Below are positions 1 through 12,660 of a stretch of DNA of 54,547 nucleotides, in pieces; within the stretch, counting starts at the first letter, position 1, and each line of letters begins with the position of its first letter. The stretch lies in assembly GCA_002269645.1 (NCBI GenBank), contig NIVC01001782.1:1-54547 (forward strand). The letters are read 5' to 3'. This stretch comes from Macrostomum lignano. Lineage: Eukaryota. The position numbers and the translations under genes were made by a program. Below the pieces are notes generated by a model. That model was not told where the DNA came from. It did no database searches and saw nothing but the letters and a program-made list of their open reading frames with translations.

Positions 1-3000
1 CTGAGGGAGCGGAGCTGAGGGACGGAGCTGAGGGAGCGGAGCTGAGGGAGCGGAGCTGAGGGAGCGGAGCTGAGGGAGTGGAGCTGAGAGAGCGGAGCTG
101 AGGGAGCGGAGCTGAGGGAGCGGAGCTGAGGGAGCGGAACTGAGGGAGCGGAGCTGAGGGGGCGGAGCTGAGGGAGCGGAGCTGAGGGAGCGGAGCTGAG
201 GGAGCGGAGCTGAGGGAGTGGAGCTGAGAGGGGCGGAGCTGAGGGAGCGGAGCTGAGGGAGCGGAGCGGAGCTGAGGGAGCGGAGCTGAGGGGCGGAGCT
301 GAGCGGAGCTTAGGGAGCGGAGCTGAGGGAGCGAGCTGAGGGAGCGGAGCTGAGGGAGCGGAGCGGAGCTGAGGGAGCGGAGCGGAGCTGAGGGAGCGGA
401 GCTGGGGAGTGGGCTGAGGAGCGGAGCTGAGGGAGCGGAGCTGAGGGAGCGGAGCTGAGGGAGCGGAGCTGAGGGAGCGGAGCTGAGGGAGCGGAGCTGA
501 GGGAGCGGAGCTGAGGGAGCGAGCTGAGGGAGCGGAGCTGAGGGAGCGGAGCTGAGGGAGCGGAGCTGAGGGAGCGGAGCTGAGGGAGCGAGCTGAGGGA
601 GCGGAGCTGAGGAGCGGAGCTGAGGGAGCGGAGCGGAGCTGAGGAGCGGAGCTGGGGAGCGGAGCTGAGGGAGCGGAGCGGAGCTGAGGGAGCGGAGCTG
701 AGGGAGCGGAGCTGAGGGAGCGGAGCGGAGCTGAGGGAGCGGAGCTGAAGGAGCGGAGCTGAGGGAGCGAGCTGAGGGAGCGGAGCTGAGGGAGGGAGCT
801 GAGGAGCGGAGCTGAGGGAGCGAGCTGAGGAGCGAGCTGAGGAGCGGAGCTGAGGGAGCGGAGCTGAGGGAGCGGAGCTGAGGGAGGGAGCTGAGGGAGC
901 GGAGCTGAGGAAGCGGAGCTGAGGAGCGGAGCGGAGCTGAGGGAGCGGAGCGGAGCTGAGGGAGCGGAGCTGAGGGAGCGGAGCTGAGGGAGCGGAGCTG
1001 AGGGAGCGGAGCTGAGGGAGCGGAGCTGAGGGAGCGGAGCTGAGGGGAGCGGAGCTGAGGGGAGCGAGCTGAGGGGGCGAGCTGAGGAGCGGAGCTGAGG
1101 AGCGGAGCTGAGGGAGCGGAGCTGAGGGAGCGGAGCTGAGGGAGCGGAGCTGCAGGGAGCGGAGCTGAGGGAGCGGAGCTGAGGGAGCGGAGCTGAGGGA
1201 GCGGAGCGGAGCTGAGGGAGCGGAGCTGAGGGAGCGGAGCTGAGGGAGCGGAGCTGAGGGAGCGGAGCGGAGCTGAGGGAGCGGAGCTGAGGGAGCGGAG
1301 CTGAGGGAGCGGAGCGGAGCTGAGGGAGCGGCAGCTGAGGGAGCGCGAGCTGAGGGAGCGGAGCTGAGGAGCGAAGGCTGAGGGAGCGGAGCTGAGGGGA
1401 GCGGAGCTGAGGGAGCGGAGCTGAGGGAGCGGAGCTGAGGGAGCGGAGCTGAGGGAGCGGAGCTGAGGGGAGCGGAGCTGAGGGACTCGGAGCTGAGGGA
1501 GCGGAGCTGAGGAGCGGAGCTGAGGGAGGAACTGAGGGAGCGGAGCTGAGGGGGCGGAGCTGAGGGAGCGGAGCTGAGGGAGCGGAGCTGAGGGAGCGGA
1601 GCTGAGGGAGTGGAGCTGAGAGAGCGGAGCTGAGGGAGCGAAGCTGAGGGGGCGGAGCTGAGGGAGCGGAACTGAGGGAGCGGAGCTGAGGGGGCGGAGC
1701 TGAGGGAGCGAGCTGAGGGAGCGGAGCTGAGGGAGTGGAGCTGAGAGAGCCGGAGCTGAGGGAGGGAGCTGAGGAGCGGAAGCTGAGCGGAGCTGAGGGG
1801 AGCGAGCTGAGGGAGCGGAGCGAGCTGAGGGAGCGGAGCGGAGCTGAGGGAGCGGAGCTGAGGGAGCGGAGCTGAGGGAGCGGAGCGGAGCTGAGGGAGC
1901 GGAGCTGAGGGAGCGGAGCGGAGCTGAGGGAGCGGAGCTGAGGGAGCGGAGCTGAGGGAGCGGAGCTGAGGGAGCGGAGCTGAGGGAGCGGAGCTGAGGG
2001 GAGCGGAGCTGAGGGAGTGGAGCTGAGGGAGCGGAGCTGAGGGGAGCGGAGCTGAGGGGAGCGGAGCTGAGGGGAGCGGAGCTGAGGGAGCGGAGCTGAG
2101 GGAGCGGAGCTGAGGGAGCGGAGCTGAGGGAGCGGAGCTGAGGGAGCGGAGCTGAGGGAGCGGAGCGGAGCTGAGGGAGCGGAGCGGAGCTGAGGGAGCG
2201 GAGCTGAGGGAGCGGAGCTGAGCGGAGCGGAGCTGAGGGAGCGGAGCTGAGGGAGCGGAGCTGAGGGAGCGGAGCTGAGGGAGCGGAGCTGAGGGAGCGG
2301 AGCTGAGGGAGCGGAGCTGAGGGAGCGGAACTGAGGGAGCGGAGCTGAGGGGGCGGAGCTGAGGGAGCGGAGCTGAGGGAGCGGAGCTGAGGGAGCGGAA
2401 CTGAGGGAGCGGAGCTGAGGGAGCGGAGCTGAGGGAGCGGAGCTGAGGGAGCGGAGCTGAGGGAGCGGAGCTGAGGGAGCGGAGCTGAGGGAGTGGAGCT
2501 GAGAGAGCGGAGCTGAGGGAGCGGAGCTGAGGGGGTGGAGCTGAGGGAGCGGAACTGAGGGAGCGGAGCTGAGGGGGCGGAGCTGAGGGAGCGGAGCTGA
2601 GGGAGCGGAGCTGAGGGAGCGGAGCTGAGGGAGTGGAGCTGAGAGAGCGGAGCTGAGGGAGCGGAGCTGAGGGAGCGGAACTGAGGGAGCGGAGCTGAGG
2701 GAGCGGAGCTGAGGGGGCGGAGCTGAGGGAGCGGAGCTGAGGGAGCGGAGCTGAGGGAGCGGAGCTGAGGGAGCGGAGCTGAGGGAGCGGAGCTGAGGGA
2801 GCGGAGCTGAGGGAGTGGAGCTGAGAGAGCGGAGCTGAGGGAGCGGAGCTGAGGGGAGCGGAGCTGAGGGAGCGGAACTGAGGGAGCGGAGCTGAGGGGG
2901 CGGAGCTGAGGGAGCGGAGCTGAGGGAGCGGAGCTGAGGGAGCGGAGCTGAGGGAGTGGAGCTGAGAGAGCGGAGCTGAGGGAGCGGAGCTGAGGGAGCG

Positions 3001-5162
3001 GAGCGGAGCTGAGGGAGCGGAGCTGAGGGGGCGGAGCTGAGGGAGCGGAGCTTAGGGAGCGGAGCTGAGGGAGCAGAGCTGAGGGAGCGGAGCGGAGCTG
3101 AGGGAGCGGAGCGGAGCTGAGGGAGCGGAGCGGAGCTGAGGGAGCGGAGCTGAGGGAGTGGAGCTGAGAGAGCGGAGCTGAGGGAGCGGAGCTGAGGGAG
3201 CGGAGCTGAGGGAGCGGAGCGGAGCTGAGGGAGCGGAGCTGAGGGAGCGGAGCTGAGGGAGCGGAGCTGAGGGAGCGGAGCTGAGGGAGCGGAGCTGAGG
3301 GAGCGGAGCTGAGGGAGCGGAGCTGAGGGGAGCGGAGCTGAGGGAGCGGAGCTGAGGGAGCGGAGCTGAGGGAGCGGAGCTGAGGGAGCGGAGCGGAGCT
3401 GAGGGAGCGGAGCTGAGGGAGCGGAGCTGAGGGAGCGGAGCGGAGCTGAGGGAGCGGAGCTGAGGGAGCGGAGCTGAGGGAGCGGAGCGGAGCTGAGGGA
3501 GCGGAGCTGAAGGAGCGGAGCTGAGGGGAGCGGAGCTGAGGGAGCGGAGCTGAGGGAGCGGAGCTGAGGGAGCGGAGCTGAGGAGCGGAGCTGAGGAGCA
3601 GGCTGAGGGAGCGGAGCTGAGGGGAGCGGAGCTGAGGGGAGCGGAGCTGAGGGAGCGGAGCTGAGGGAGCGGAGCTGAGGAAGCGGAGCTGAGGGAGCGG
3701 AGCGGAGCTGAGGGAGCGGAGCGGAGCTGAGGGAGCGGAGCTGAGGGAGCGGAGCTGAGGGAGCGGAGCTGAGGGAGCGGAGCTGAGGGAGCGGAGCTGA
3801 GGGAGCGGAGCTGAGGGAGCGGAGCTGAGGGAGCGGAGCTGAGGGGAGCGGAGCTGAGGGAGCGGAGCTGAGGGAGCGGAGCTGAGGGAGCGGAGCTGAG
3901 GGAGCGGAGCTGAGGGAGCGGAGCTGAGGGAGCGGAGCTGAGGGGAGCGGAGCTGAGGGGAGCGGAGCTGAGGGAGCGGAGCGGAGCTGAGGGAGCGGAG
4001 CTGAGGGAGCGGAGCTGAGGGAGCGGAGCTGAGGGAGCGGAGCGGAGCTGAGGGAGCGGGGCTGAGGGAGCGGAGCTGAGGAGCGCGAGCGGAGCTGAGG
4101 GACGCGAGCTGAGGGAGCGGAGCTGAGGGGAGCGGAGCTGAGGGAGCGGAGCTGAGGGAGCGGAGCTGAGGGGAGCGGAGCTGAGGGAGCGGAGCTGAGG
4201 GAGCGGAGCTGAGGGAGCGGAGCTGAGGGAGCGGAGCTGAGGGGAGCGGAGCTGAGGGAGCGGAGCTGAGGGAGCGGAGCTGAGGGAGCGGAGCTGAGGG
4301 AGCGGAACTGAGGGAGCGGAGCTGAGGGGGCGGAGCTGAGGGAGCGGAGCTGAGGGAGCGGAGCTGAGGGAGCGGAGCTGAGGGAGTGGAGCTGAGAGAG
4401 CGGAGCTGAGGGAGCGAAGCTGAGGGGGCGGAGCTGAGGGAGCGGAACTGAGGGAGCGGAGCTGAGGGGGCGGAGCTGAGGGAGCGGAGCTGAGGGAGCG
4501 GAGCTGAGGGAGTGGAGCTGAGAGAGCGGAGCTGAGGGAGCGGAGCTGAGGGAGCGGAGCTGAGGGAGCGGAGCTGAGGGGGCGGAGCTGAGGAGCGGAA
4601 CTGAGGAGCGGAGCTGAGGGAGCGGAGCTGAGGGAGTGGAGCTGAGGGAGCGGAGCTGAGGGAGCGGAGCTGAGGGAGCGGAGCTGAGGGAGTGGAGCTG
4701 AGAGAGCGGAGCTGAGGGAGCGGAACTGAGGGAGCGGAGCTGAGGGAGCGGAGCTGAGGGAGTGGAGCTGAGAGAGCGGAGCTGAGGGAGCGGAGCTGAG
4801 GGAGCGGAACTGAGGGAGCGGAGCTGAGGGGGCGGAGCTGAGGGAGCGGAGCTGAGGGAGTGGAGCTGAGAGAGCGGAGCTGAGGGAGCGGAGCTGAGGG
4901 AGCGGAGCTGAGGGAGCGGAGCTGAGGGAGTGGAGCTGAGAGAGCGGAGCTGAGGGAGCGGAGCTGAGGGAGCGGAACTGAGGGAGCGGAGCTGAGGGGG
5001 CGGAGCTGAGGGAGCGGAGCTGAGGGAGCGGAGCTGAGGGAGTGGAGCTGAGAGAGCGGAGCTGAGGGAGCGGAACTGAGGGAGCGGAGCTGAGGGAGCG
5101 GAGCTGAGGGGGCGGAGCTGAGGGAGCGGAGCTGAGGGAGCGGAGCTGAGGGAGCGGAGCTG
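1..5162 (+). repeat. 14-bp satellite (GGAGCTGAGGGAGC)n, over 5 kb, truncated by the window edge
   Basis: Direct reading; variants with GGAGC duplications and GAGAGA/GGAACT substitutions. Confidence 0.98.
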
Positions 5163-5214
5163 AAACTAGGAATCTATAAGCATGCAGGTCGCAGTGAAAC
5201 CCAGTGAGGCCTAG

Positions 5215-5757
5215 GCAGGCGCATCTCTAGTACGTAAAGATACACTGAGAGAGTTAAACAAGGATGTAACGACCACCCCTCTCCAGACCGAGGTGCTATT
5301 CGAACTGGGCGAATCGTCAAGTCGCAGTCTGCAGCTTCGCTGGCAGCTGTGGCCTGTATCGGCCACCCTGTCTCCGCTGTCGGCAGCATCAGACGAAGCC
5401 AACCTCGCAGCCGGGTCTCTCTACTCAGCTGCCGACCTGTCAATGGCGGCCTGGTCGGGCTATGAGGCCAGCTTAGAAGCAACAAACTGCGGAGCCCTGG
5501 TAGGCAGTCCTGGCATCCTGGCTCAAGAGGTGCAGCAGCCCGGATCCTTTGTTCACTCTGTGCAGTATTTTCAATCAGAATGCTAGCCTGTCTGTGCTGG
5601 ACTGTCCTGTGCACAGCGCCGGCTCTCTGTGCAAGCTGCACGCTGTGACAAATCCTCTGTGCCGCTATCGGCTGACTGTGCGATTCCAGCCGCAACTGTT
5701 TGGTGCTGCGCTGTTGCGCTACTCTGGGCCTGAACTGCCAACCTGGCTGCGCTGCAT
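5215..5757 (+). CDS. PGAP1: PGAP1-like exon A (5' edge uncertain; one extra T in the TTTT run at 5568-5571)
   Basis: Open frame from 5215 (ASLVRKDTLRELNKD...VQY). Removing one T continues it as FNQNASLSVLDC...LPTWLRC. Donor AT|GTGAGG at 5757/5758. Confidence 0.65.
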
Positions 5758-8700
5758 GTGAGGCTTGGCTTTTTCTGGTTTTTGTCAGTGTCTCACGTCT
5801 GACACCTCAGTGTCTTCCATCTGACACCTCAGTGTCTCACCTCTGACACCTCAGTGTCTCACGTCTGACACCTCAGTGTCTCACCTCTGACACCTCAGTG
5901 TCTCACCTCTGACACCTCAGTGTCTCACATCTGACACCTCAGTGTCTCACATCTGACACCTCAGTGTCTCACCTCTGACACCTCAGTGTCTCACATCTGA
6001 CACCTCAGTGTCTCACATCTGACACCTCAGTGTCTCACCTCTGACACCTCAGTGTCTCACCTCTGACACCTCAGTGTCTCACCTCTGACACCTCAGTGTC
6101 TCACATCTGACACCTCAGTGTCTCACCTGACACCTCACAGTCTCACCTGACACCTCACAGTCCCACCTGACACCTCACAATCTCACCTGACACCTCACAG
6201 TCTCACCTGACACCTCACAGTCTCACCTGACACCTCACAGTCTCACCTGACACCTCACAGTCCCACCTGACACCTCACAGTCCCACCTGACACCTCACAG
6301 TCTGAACCAACCAGCAGCCAAAATTATCGAACCCGCAGATCCTATCCACTGTGCTGGCCTCAATGTCGGCACCTCCGACAGCCTCGAGCAGGTCCTACTC
6401 TCAACACTACTCACCAATCCAAGCCTGATGGTGCTGACAGCGGCTACCGCTAGTCTACCATCGATGCTATTCGAGCCCGGCAGGATTCGAACCGGCGACC
6501 TACTAATCAACGGATTCATTCGTCAGATTTGTTTAGCCTTTCTGGCCGCCCCCCTTGCCGCTGTAACGCTGCTATTAATGACTATCATTGTCGCTTGGCT
6601 GGGTCTGATTCTGCGAGCACCCAGAAGCCTGCTGTCTGATAGTAGTAATAATGCTACTACAAGTAGTAGTTCGGACCGGAAGTTTTCTAACAGATTCGCC
6701 AATTTCCTATCGCCTATCGGCTGCATACTGGCTCTGTACATGACGCAGAAGCACTGCGGAGCTGCCGGCATTGCATTTCTGTTGATCACTCAACTGCTGA
6801 AGGTGCAAGGGGTCATTGTGTTTTGCTATTGACTGTCACTTTATAGCAGTCCTGTGACTTTTCCTGCCATCCTGATGTCTCATCTGACACCCAACTGTCT
6901 CACCCGACACCCAACTGTCTCACCTGACACCCAACTGTCTCACCCGACACCCAACTGTCTCACCCGACACCCAACTGTCTCACCTGACACCCAACTGTCT
7001 CACCCGACACCCAACTGTCTCACCTGACACCCAACTGCCTCACCTGACACCCAACTGTCTCACCCGACACCCAACTGTCTCACCTGACACCCAACTGTCT
7101 CACCTGACATCCAACTGTCTCACCTGACACCCAACTATCTCACCTGACACCCAGCTGTCTCACCCGACACCCAACTTTCTCAACTGACATCCAACTGTCC
7201 CATCTGACGCCCAACTGTCTCACCTGACACCCGACTGTCTCACCTGACACCCAACTGTCTCATCTGACACCCAACTGTCTCACCTGACACCCAACTGTCT
7301 CACCTGACACCCAACTGTCTCACCTAACACCCAACTGTATCATCTGACACCCAACTGTCTCAGCTGACACCCAACTCCCTCACCTGACACCCAACTATCT
7401 CATCTGACATCCAACTGCCTCACCTGACACCCAACTATCTCACCTGACACCCAGCTGTCTCACCTGACACCCAACTGCCTCACCTGACACCCAACTGTCT
7501 CATCTGACACCCAACTGCCTCACCTGACACCCAACTGTCGCACCTGACACCCAACTGTCTCACCTGACACCCAACTGTCTCACCTGACACCCGACTGCCT
7601 CACCTGACACCCAACTGTCTCACCTGACACCCAACTGTCTCATCTGACACCCAACTGTCTCATCTGACACCCAACTGTATCACCCGACACCCAACTGTCT
7701 CACCCGACACCCAACTGTCTCACCTGACACCCAACTGCCTCATCTGACACCCAACTGTCTCACCTGACACCCAACTGCCTCACCTGACACCCAACTGTCT
7801 CACCCGACACCCAACTGTCTCACCTGACACCCAACTGTCTCACTTGACACCCAACTGTCTCACCTGACACCCAACTGTCTCACCTGACACCCGACTGCCT
7901 CACCTGACACCCAACTGTCTCAGCTGACACCCAACTGTCTCACCTGACACCCAACTGTCTCACCTGACATCCAACTGTCCCATCTGACACCCAACTGTCT
8001 CATCTGACACCCAACTGCCTCACCTGACATCCAACTGTCTCACCTGACACCCGACTGTCTCATCTGACACCCAACTGTCTCAGCTGACACCCAACTGCCT
8101 CACCTGACACCCAACTATCTCATCTGACATCCAACTGCCTCACCTGACACCCAACTATCTCACCTGACACCCAGCTGTCTCACCTGACACCCAACTGCCT
8201 CACCTGACACCCAACTGTCTCATCTGACACCCAACTGCCTCACCTGACACCCAACTGTCGCACCTGACACCCAACTGTCTCACCTGACACCCAACTGTCT
8301 CACCTGACACCCGACTGCCTCACCTGACACCCAACTGTCTCACCTGACACCCAACTGTCTCATCTGACACCCAACTGTCTCATCTGACACCCAACTGTAT
8401 CACCCGACACCCAACTGTCTCACCCGACACCCAACTGTCTCACCTGACACCCAACTGCCTCATCTGACACCCAACTGTCTCACCTGACACCCAACTGCCT
8501 CACCTGACACCCAACTGTCTCACCCGACACCCAACTGTCTCACCTGACACCCAACTGTCTCACCTGACACCCAACTGTCTCATCTGACACCCAACTGCCT
8601 CACCTGACACCCAACTGTCTCACCTGACACCCAACTGTCTCACCTGACACCCAACTGTCTCACCTGACACCCGACTGCCTCACCTGACACCCAACTGTCT

Positions 8701-10894
8701 CAGCTGACACCCAACTGTCTCACCTGACACCCAACTGTCTCACCTGACATCCAACTGTCCCATCTGACACCCGACTGTCTCATCTGACACCCAACTGTCT
8801 CATCTGACACCCAACTGTCTCATCTGACACCCAACTGTCTCATCTGACACCCAACTGTCTCATCTGACACTTAACTGTCTCACCTGACACCCAACTGTCT
8901 CACCTGACACCCAACTGTCTCAGCTGACACCCAACTGTCTCACCTGACACCCAACTGTCCCATCTGACACCCAACTGTCTCACCTGACACCCAACTGTCT
9001 CATCTGACACCCAACAGCCTCACCTGACACCCAACTGTCTCACCTGACACCCAACTGTCTCACCTGACACCCAACTGTCTCAGCTGACACCCAACTGCCT
9101 CACCTGACACCCAACTATCTCACCTGACACCCAACTCCCTCACCTAACACCCAACTGTCTCACCCGACACCCAACTGTCTCATCTGACACCCAACTGTCT
9201 CACCTGACACCTAACTATCTCATCTGACACCCAACTATCTCATCTGACACCCGACTGTCTCACCTGACACCCAACTGTCTCATCTGACACCCGACTGTCT
9301 CACCTGACATCCAACTGTCCCATCTGACACCCAACTGTCTCACCTGACACCCGACTGTCTCACCTGACACCCAACTATCTCATCTGACACCCAACTGTCT
9401 CACCTGACATCCAACTGTCCCATCTGACACCCAACTGTCTCAGCTGACACCCAACTGCCTCACCTGACACCCAACTATCTCACCTGACACCCAACTGCCT
9501 CACCTAACACCCAACTGTCTCACCCGACACCCAACTGTCTCATCTGACACCCAACTGTCTCACCTGACACCCAACTGCCTCACCTAACACCCAACTGTCT
9601 CACCCGACACCCAACTGTCTCATCTGACACCCAACTGTCTCACCTGACACCCAACTGTCTCACCTGATACCTCATTGTAATCCACATTATTTTGCCATTT
9701 CAGACCGCGGCCGCGAGAATCGACACTCCTACTAAAAGTAGTGAGACCAGCAGTAGCAGCAACAGTAATTCATCTTCAGCAGACATGCGCAGCCACCAGT
9801 TCAATCTGTCAGCTCTGTGCTCAATTCTCACCTGCCTGTGCGGCCCCTCGCTGTTTGTGTGGGCCAAAGCTTTGCAATCTGGTCAGGCGTCTCTACCAGT
9901 GGCCGATCCGCACTACAGTTTGAGCATAGCATTTGCACTGATCTACGCTTTGGACTCGATGCTGGGGGCCTCAGAGACTGGCCGCTTCTATGCACCTCCG
10001 ATGAGGCTGAGCTGGTGAGTACACATTACTGAAGCTGCATTTACTTGACCTGCAGGCCTGACCCACTAGATCGGCCGAATAGTTTGACCTATTAATTTGA
10101 TTCGTTGGCTTGACCCACTGGCTTGACCCACTGGCTTGACCCGCTGCCTTGACCCACTGGCTTGACCCTCTTTCTTGACCCACTGGCTTGACCCACTGAC
10201 TTGACCTACTGGCTTGACCCTCTTTCTTGACCCACTGGCTTGACCCGCTGGCTTGACCCATCTGATCGGTCCAATTGCTTGACGCATTAAATGGACCTGC
10301 TGGCTTGACCCTCTTTCTTGACCCGCTGGCTTGACCCATCTGATCGGTCCAATTGCTTGACGCATTAAATGGACCTGCTGGCTTGACCCTCTTTCTTGAA
10401 CCACTGGCTTGACCCTCTTTCTTGACCCGCTGGCTTGACCCATCTGATCGGTCCAATTGCTTGACGCATTAAATGGACCTGCTGGCTTGACCCTCTTTCT
10501 TGAACCACTGGCTTGACCCTCTTTCTTGACCCACTGGCTTGACCCACCGCCTTGACCCACTAGCTCAACCACAAGGTTCACTCATTCAAGTAGAAGAGGT
10601 TGACATAAAAACTTGACCCACGCGCTTGACTCGCCGACTTACTTCGCTTGTCTCATTGGGATATGAATTTTAATAAAGCAGTGCAAATCATCTACTTTGT
10701 TAAATCTCTCTTGCAGGCCAATGGCCGTCTGTCTATCTGTTCTGTTGGGCACTGCCGCTTCTCAATTGCACGGCAACTATGTTGGACTGAACCGTCTGAT
10801 CCTCCTGTTGCTGGGGGCCTGCACCGCGGCGCGAGCACTTCTGAGCAGCGGCTACTTGAGCTCGGGCGCGCCCATCAGGGCTAAGAAGGACTAA
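5215..10894 (+). CDS. PGAP1: PGAP1-like GPI inositol-deacylase, 3' part (exons about 5215-5757, 6301-6802, 9704-10014, 10717-10894); 5' catalytic exons lie outside the window
   Basis: Exon phases join consistently (2/2, 0/0, 2/2). The spliced peptide resembles the PGAP1/Bst1 C-terminal multi-TM region as recalled: CRYRLTVRFQPQLFGAALLRYSGPELPTW ~ [40 protein letters not shown] ~ TCGALAILL; PSLFVWAKAL..ADPHYSL ~ PSLIYWLKNL..PDPCKPL. It ends RAKKD-stop. One apparent +1 frameshift at 5568-5571. The GxSxG hydrolase motif is not in the window. Confidence 0.75.
5785..6300 (+). repeat. 22-bp (CTGACACCTCAGTGTCTCACAT) array switching to a 20-bp (TCTCACCTGACACCTCACAG) array
   Basis: Direct reading; fills the PGAP1-like intron 5758-6300. 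Confidence 0.95.
6301..6802 (+). CDS. PGAP1: PGAP1-like exon B (TM segments)
   Basis: Acceptor CACAG|T at 6300 (phase 2; an alternative phase-2 AG exists at 6381). Hydrophobic helices ICLAFLAAPLAAVTLLLMTIIVAWLGLIL and [17 protein letters not shown]. Phase-0 donor AAG|GTGCAA, which is weak. Confidence 0.7.
6876..9672 (+). repeat. 20-bp minisatellite (TCTCACCTGACACCCAACTG)n, about 140 units
   Basis: Direct reading. Confidence 0.97.
9704..10014 (+). CDS. PGAP1: PGAP1-like exon C
   Basis: Acceptor TTTGCCATTTCAG|, donor TG|GTGAGT; encodes LCSILTCLCGPSLFVWAKAL...ADPHYSLSIAFALIY. Confidence 0.75.
10085..10630 (+). repeat. Composite GCTTGACCC-core repeat
   Basis: GCTTGACCC units with varying linkers and a repeated ATCTGATCGGTCCAATTGCTTGACGCATTAAATGGACC block. 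Confidence 0.85.
10717..10894 (+). CDS. PGAP1: PGAP1-like terminal exon
   Basis: Acceptor TCTCTCTTGCAG|G, phase matches exon C; hydrophobic PMAVCLSVLLG...LILLLLGAC, ends RAKKD-TAA. Confidence 0.7.
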
Positions 10895-10914
10895 AATTAT
10901 GTACTGTCTGATCC

Positions 10915-12660
10915 CATTAGAGACTGGGATCTCTGCGAGATTAGATCTCTAGAGACTGGGATCTCTGTGGGATTAGATGTCAATTGACTGAGATCTCTAT
11001 GAGATTAGATGTCTAGAGACTGAGATCTCTATGAGATTAGATATCTGGAGACTGAGATCTCTATGCGATTAGATATATAGAGACTGAGATCTTTATGCGA
11101 TTAGATATCTGGAGACTGAGATCTCTATGTGATTAGATATGTAAAGACTGAGATCTCTATGAGCATGGTGACCACACCTGCACTATTTTATTATTTTGCA
11201 CTATTTTTATTTTTCTGCTCAATTGCACAACTATTTTTGAAATACACAAATAAATGTCACTATCTGCTCAAAAACTTTGAGAAGTTGGTTCAACGTGAAG
11301 CTATGCAAATCCATCTGCTATCAGCCGCTCTTGACCAGGTTTGTAGCGACATGCTGCTCAGATTTGTTCGTCCTGACGTGGTGGAGGCGGCAACATCACT
11401 CTCCAATCTCTTCACTGCTGCAAAGGATCGCTCTAACCAGCTAGTCAACGCTGACCTGAGGAGCCAACATCAGGACCACTATTGGCCACCTGCCCAAAAT
11501 AGATCGAGTAGGCTTTTTTAAGGCATTGCAAGACTTCTATGTTGAGCTCACCAGTCGCTTCTTTGCCTACCTGCCATTGGAAAGCAAACTTCTACAAGCT
11601 TGCGCTTTGTTGACCCAAATCAACTGCTCGATCACCAATTGAATTTGGAAGAGACGGTCATCCTGATTGCTAAGGCTATGCCGACTGTAATTGAACCCGC
11701 TCGTCTAGACGACCTGTGACTGGAGGTCATTAAATTGCGTTGAATGCTTTGATTGAGGAGCTTGCTAGAGTCAAAGAACTGGAGAAGTTCTGGGCCGCAT
11801 TGCCATGTGAGGAATTTCTATGCCTACTGCATAGAAACGCCGACAGTGAGCGGGTCATCAAATGGATTGCCAACAATGTCACGAAGCAGCGAAACCAGCT
11901 GGCCGATTATACACTGGATTGTCTTTTGTCCATCAAGTCCTGGCTAAAGGCCTTCAAAAAAGAGCCATCCGATTTTTGCATTGACCGCTCACTGTTGGTC
12001 CTCAGCTTCGATGCCCGTGCAAACGCCGAAGCATGTGCTAAGGCAAAGGAGCGTGAAGAAGTAATGAAGTGCCTTCAGAAAAAACTAAACATGCAGCGTC
12101 AGAAGGCCAATGAGTGGGAAAAGAAAAAAAAGCAAGAGGACGAAGCTGCTGAACAAAAGTAATCAACGAAATGGGAAAACATCTCTGGCACAGAAGATGC
12201 TCCAAAAGGCGGATCAATGAGATCAACAAACAAGAAGTGAATCGCTGGACGATAGTAAAAACTTAACGTCTATATTAATTTAGTTAAGACATGATTTGAG
12301 ATTTGATTTGAGACTGAATGATTTGATTTGAATTTGATTTGAAATTGGCGCAGTGAAGTAGGAAGTCTGGAATTTAGAAATACATAAAAATCATGTCAGT
12401 GTCACAGGGTTGTTGTCTGAGTTAAAAATAAAATATCACTAGATTCAAAAAAGTATTTAAAGGTTTTTGTGACTAGAAATGTAAATTTTTTTCTGTTTGT
12501 TAATTATTTTACATGAAGTGACTTTTTTCCAAAAAAAACAATGCCTAATGTTGCTGCTCAAAAAAATTTGTCCTGCTCAATTATTTTCAAAATGCGCTGT
12601 GGTCACACTGTCTATGAGATTAGATGTCTAGAGACTGATTTCTCTATGGGATTAGATATC
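10915..12660 (+). repeat. 32-bp minisatellite (TCTATGAGATTAGATGTCTAGAGACTGAGATC) split by the hAT insertion (10915-11163 and 12611-12660)
   Basis: The same unit occurs on both sides of the transposon. Confidence 0.9.
11164..12610 (+). mobile_element. Non-autonomous hAT-superfamily DNA transposon (internal deletion derivative)
   Basis: 8-bp TSD TCTATGAG (11156-11163 and 12611-12618). Imperfect 13-bp TIRs CATGGTGACCACA / TGTGGTCACACTG (11/13). Disrupted transposase C-terminus with hAT dimerization-like motif LLHRNADSERV...TKQRNQLADYTLDCLLSIK. Confidence 0.85.

Noticed and set aside
6470-6505. tRNA T-arm/B-box-like GGTTCGAATCC on the - strand
   Set aside because: No matching 5' acceptor strand, D-arm or clean anticodon arm, and it lies inside the PGAP1-like coding exon.
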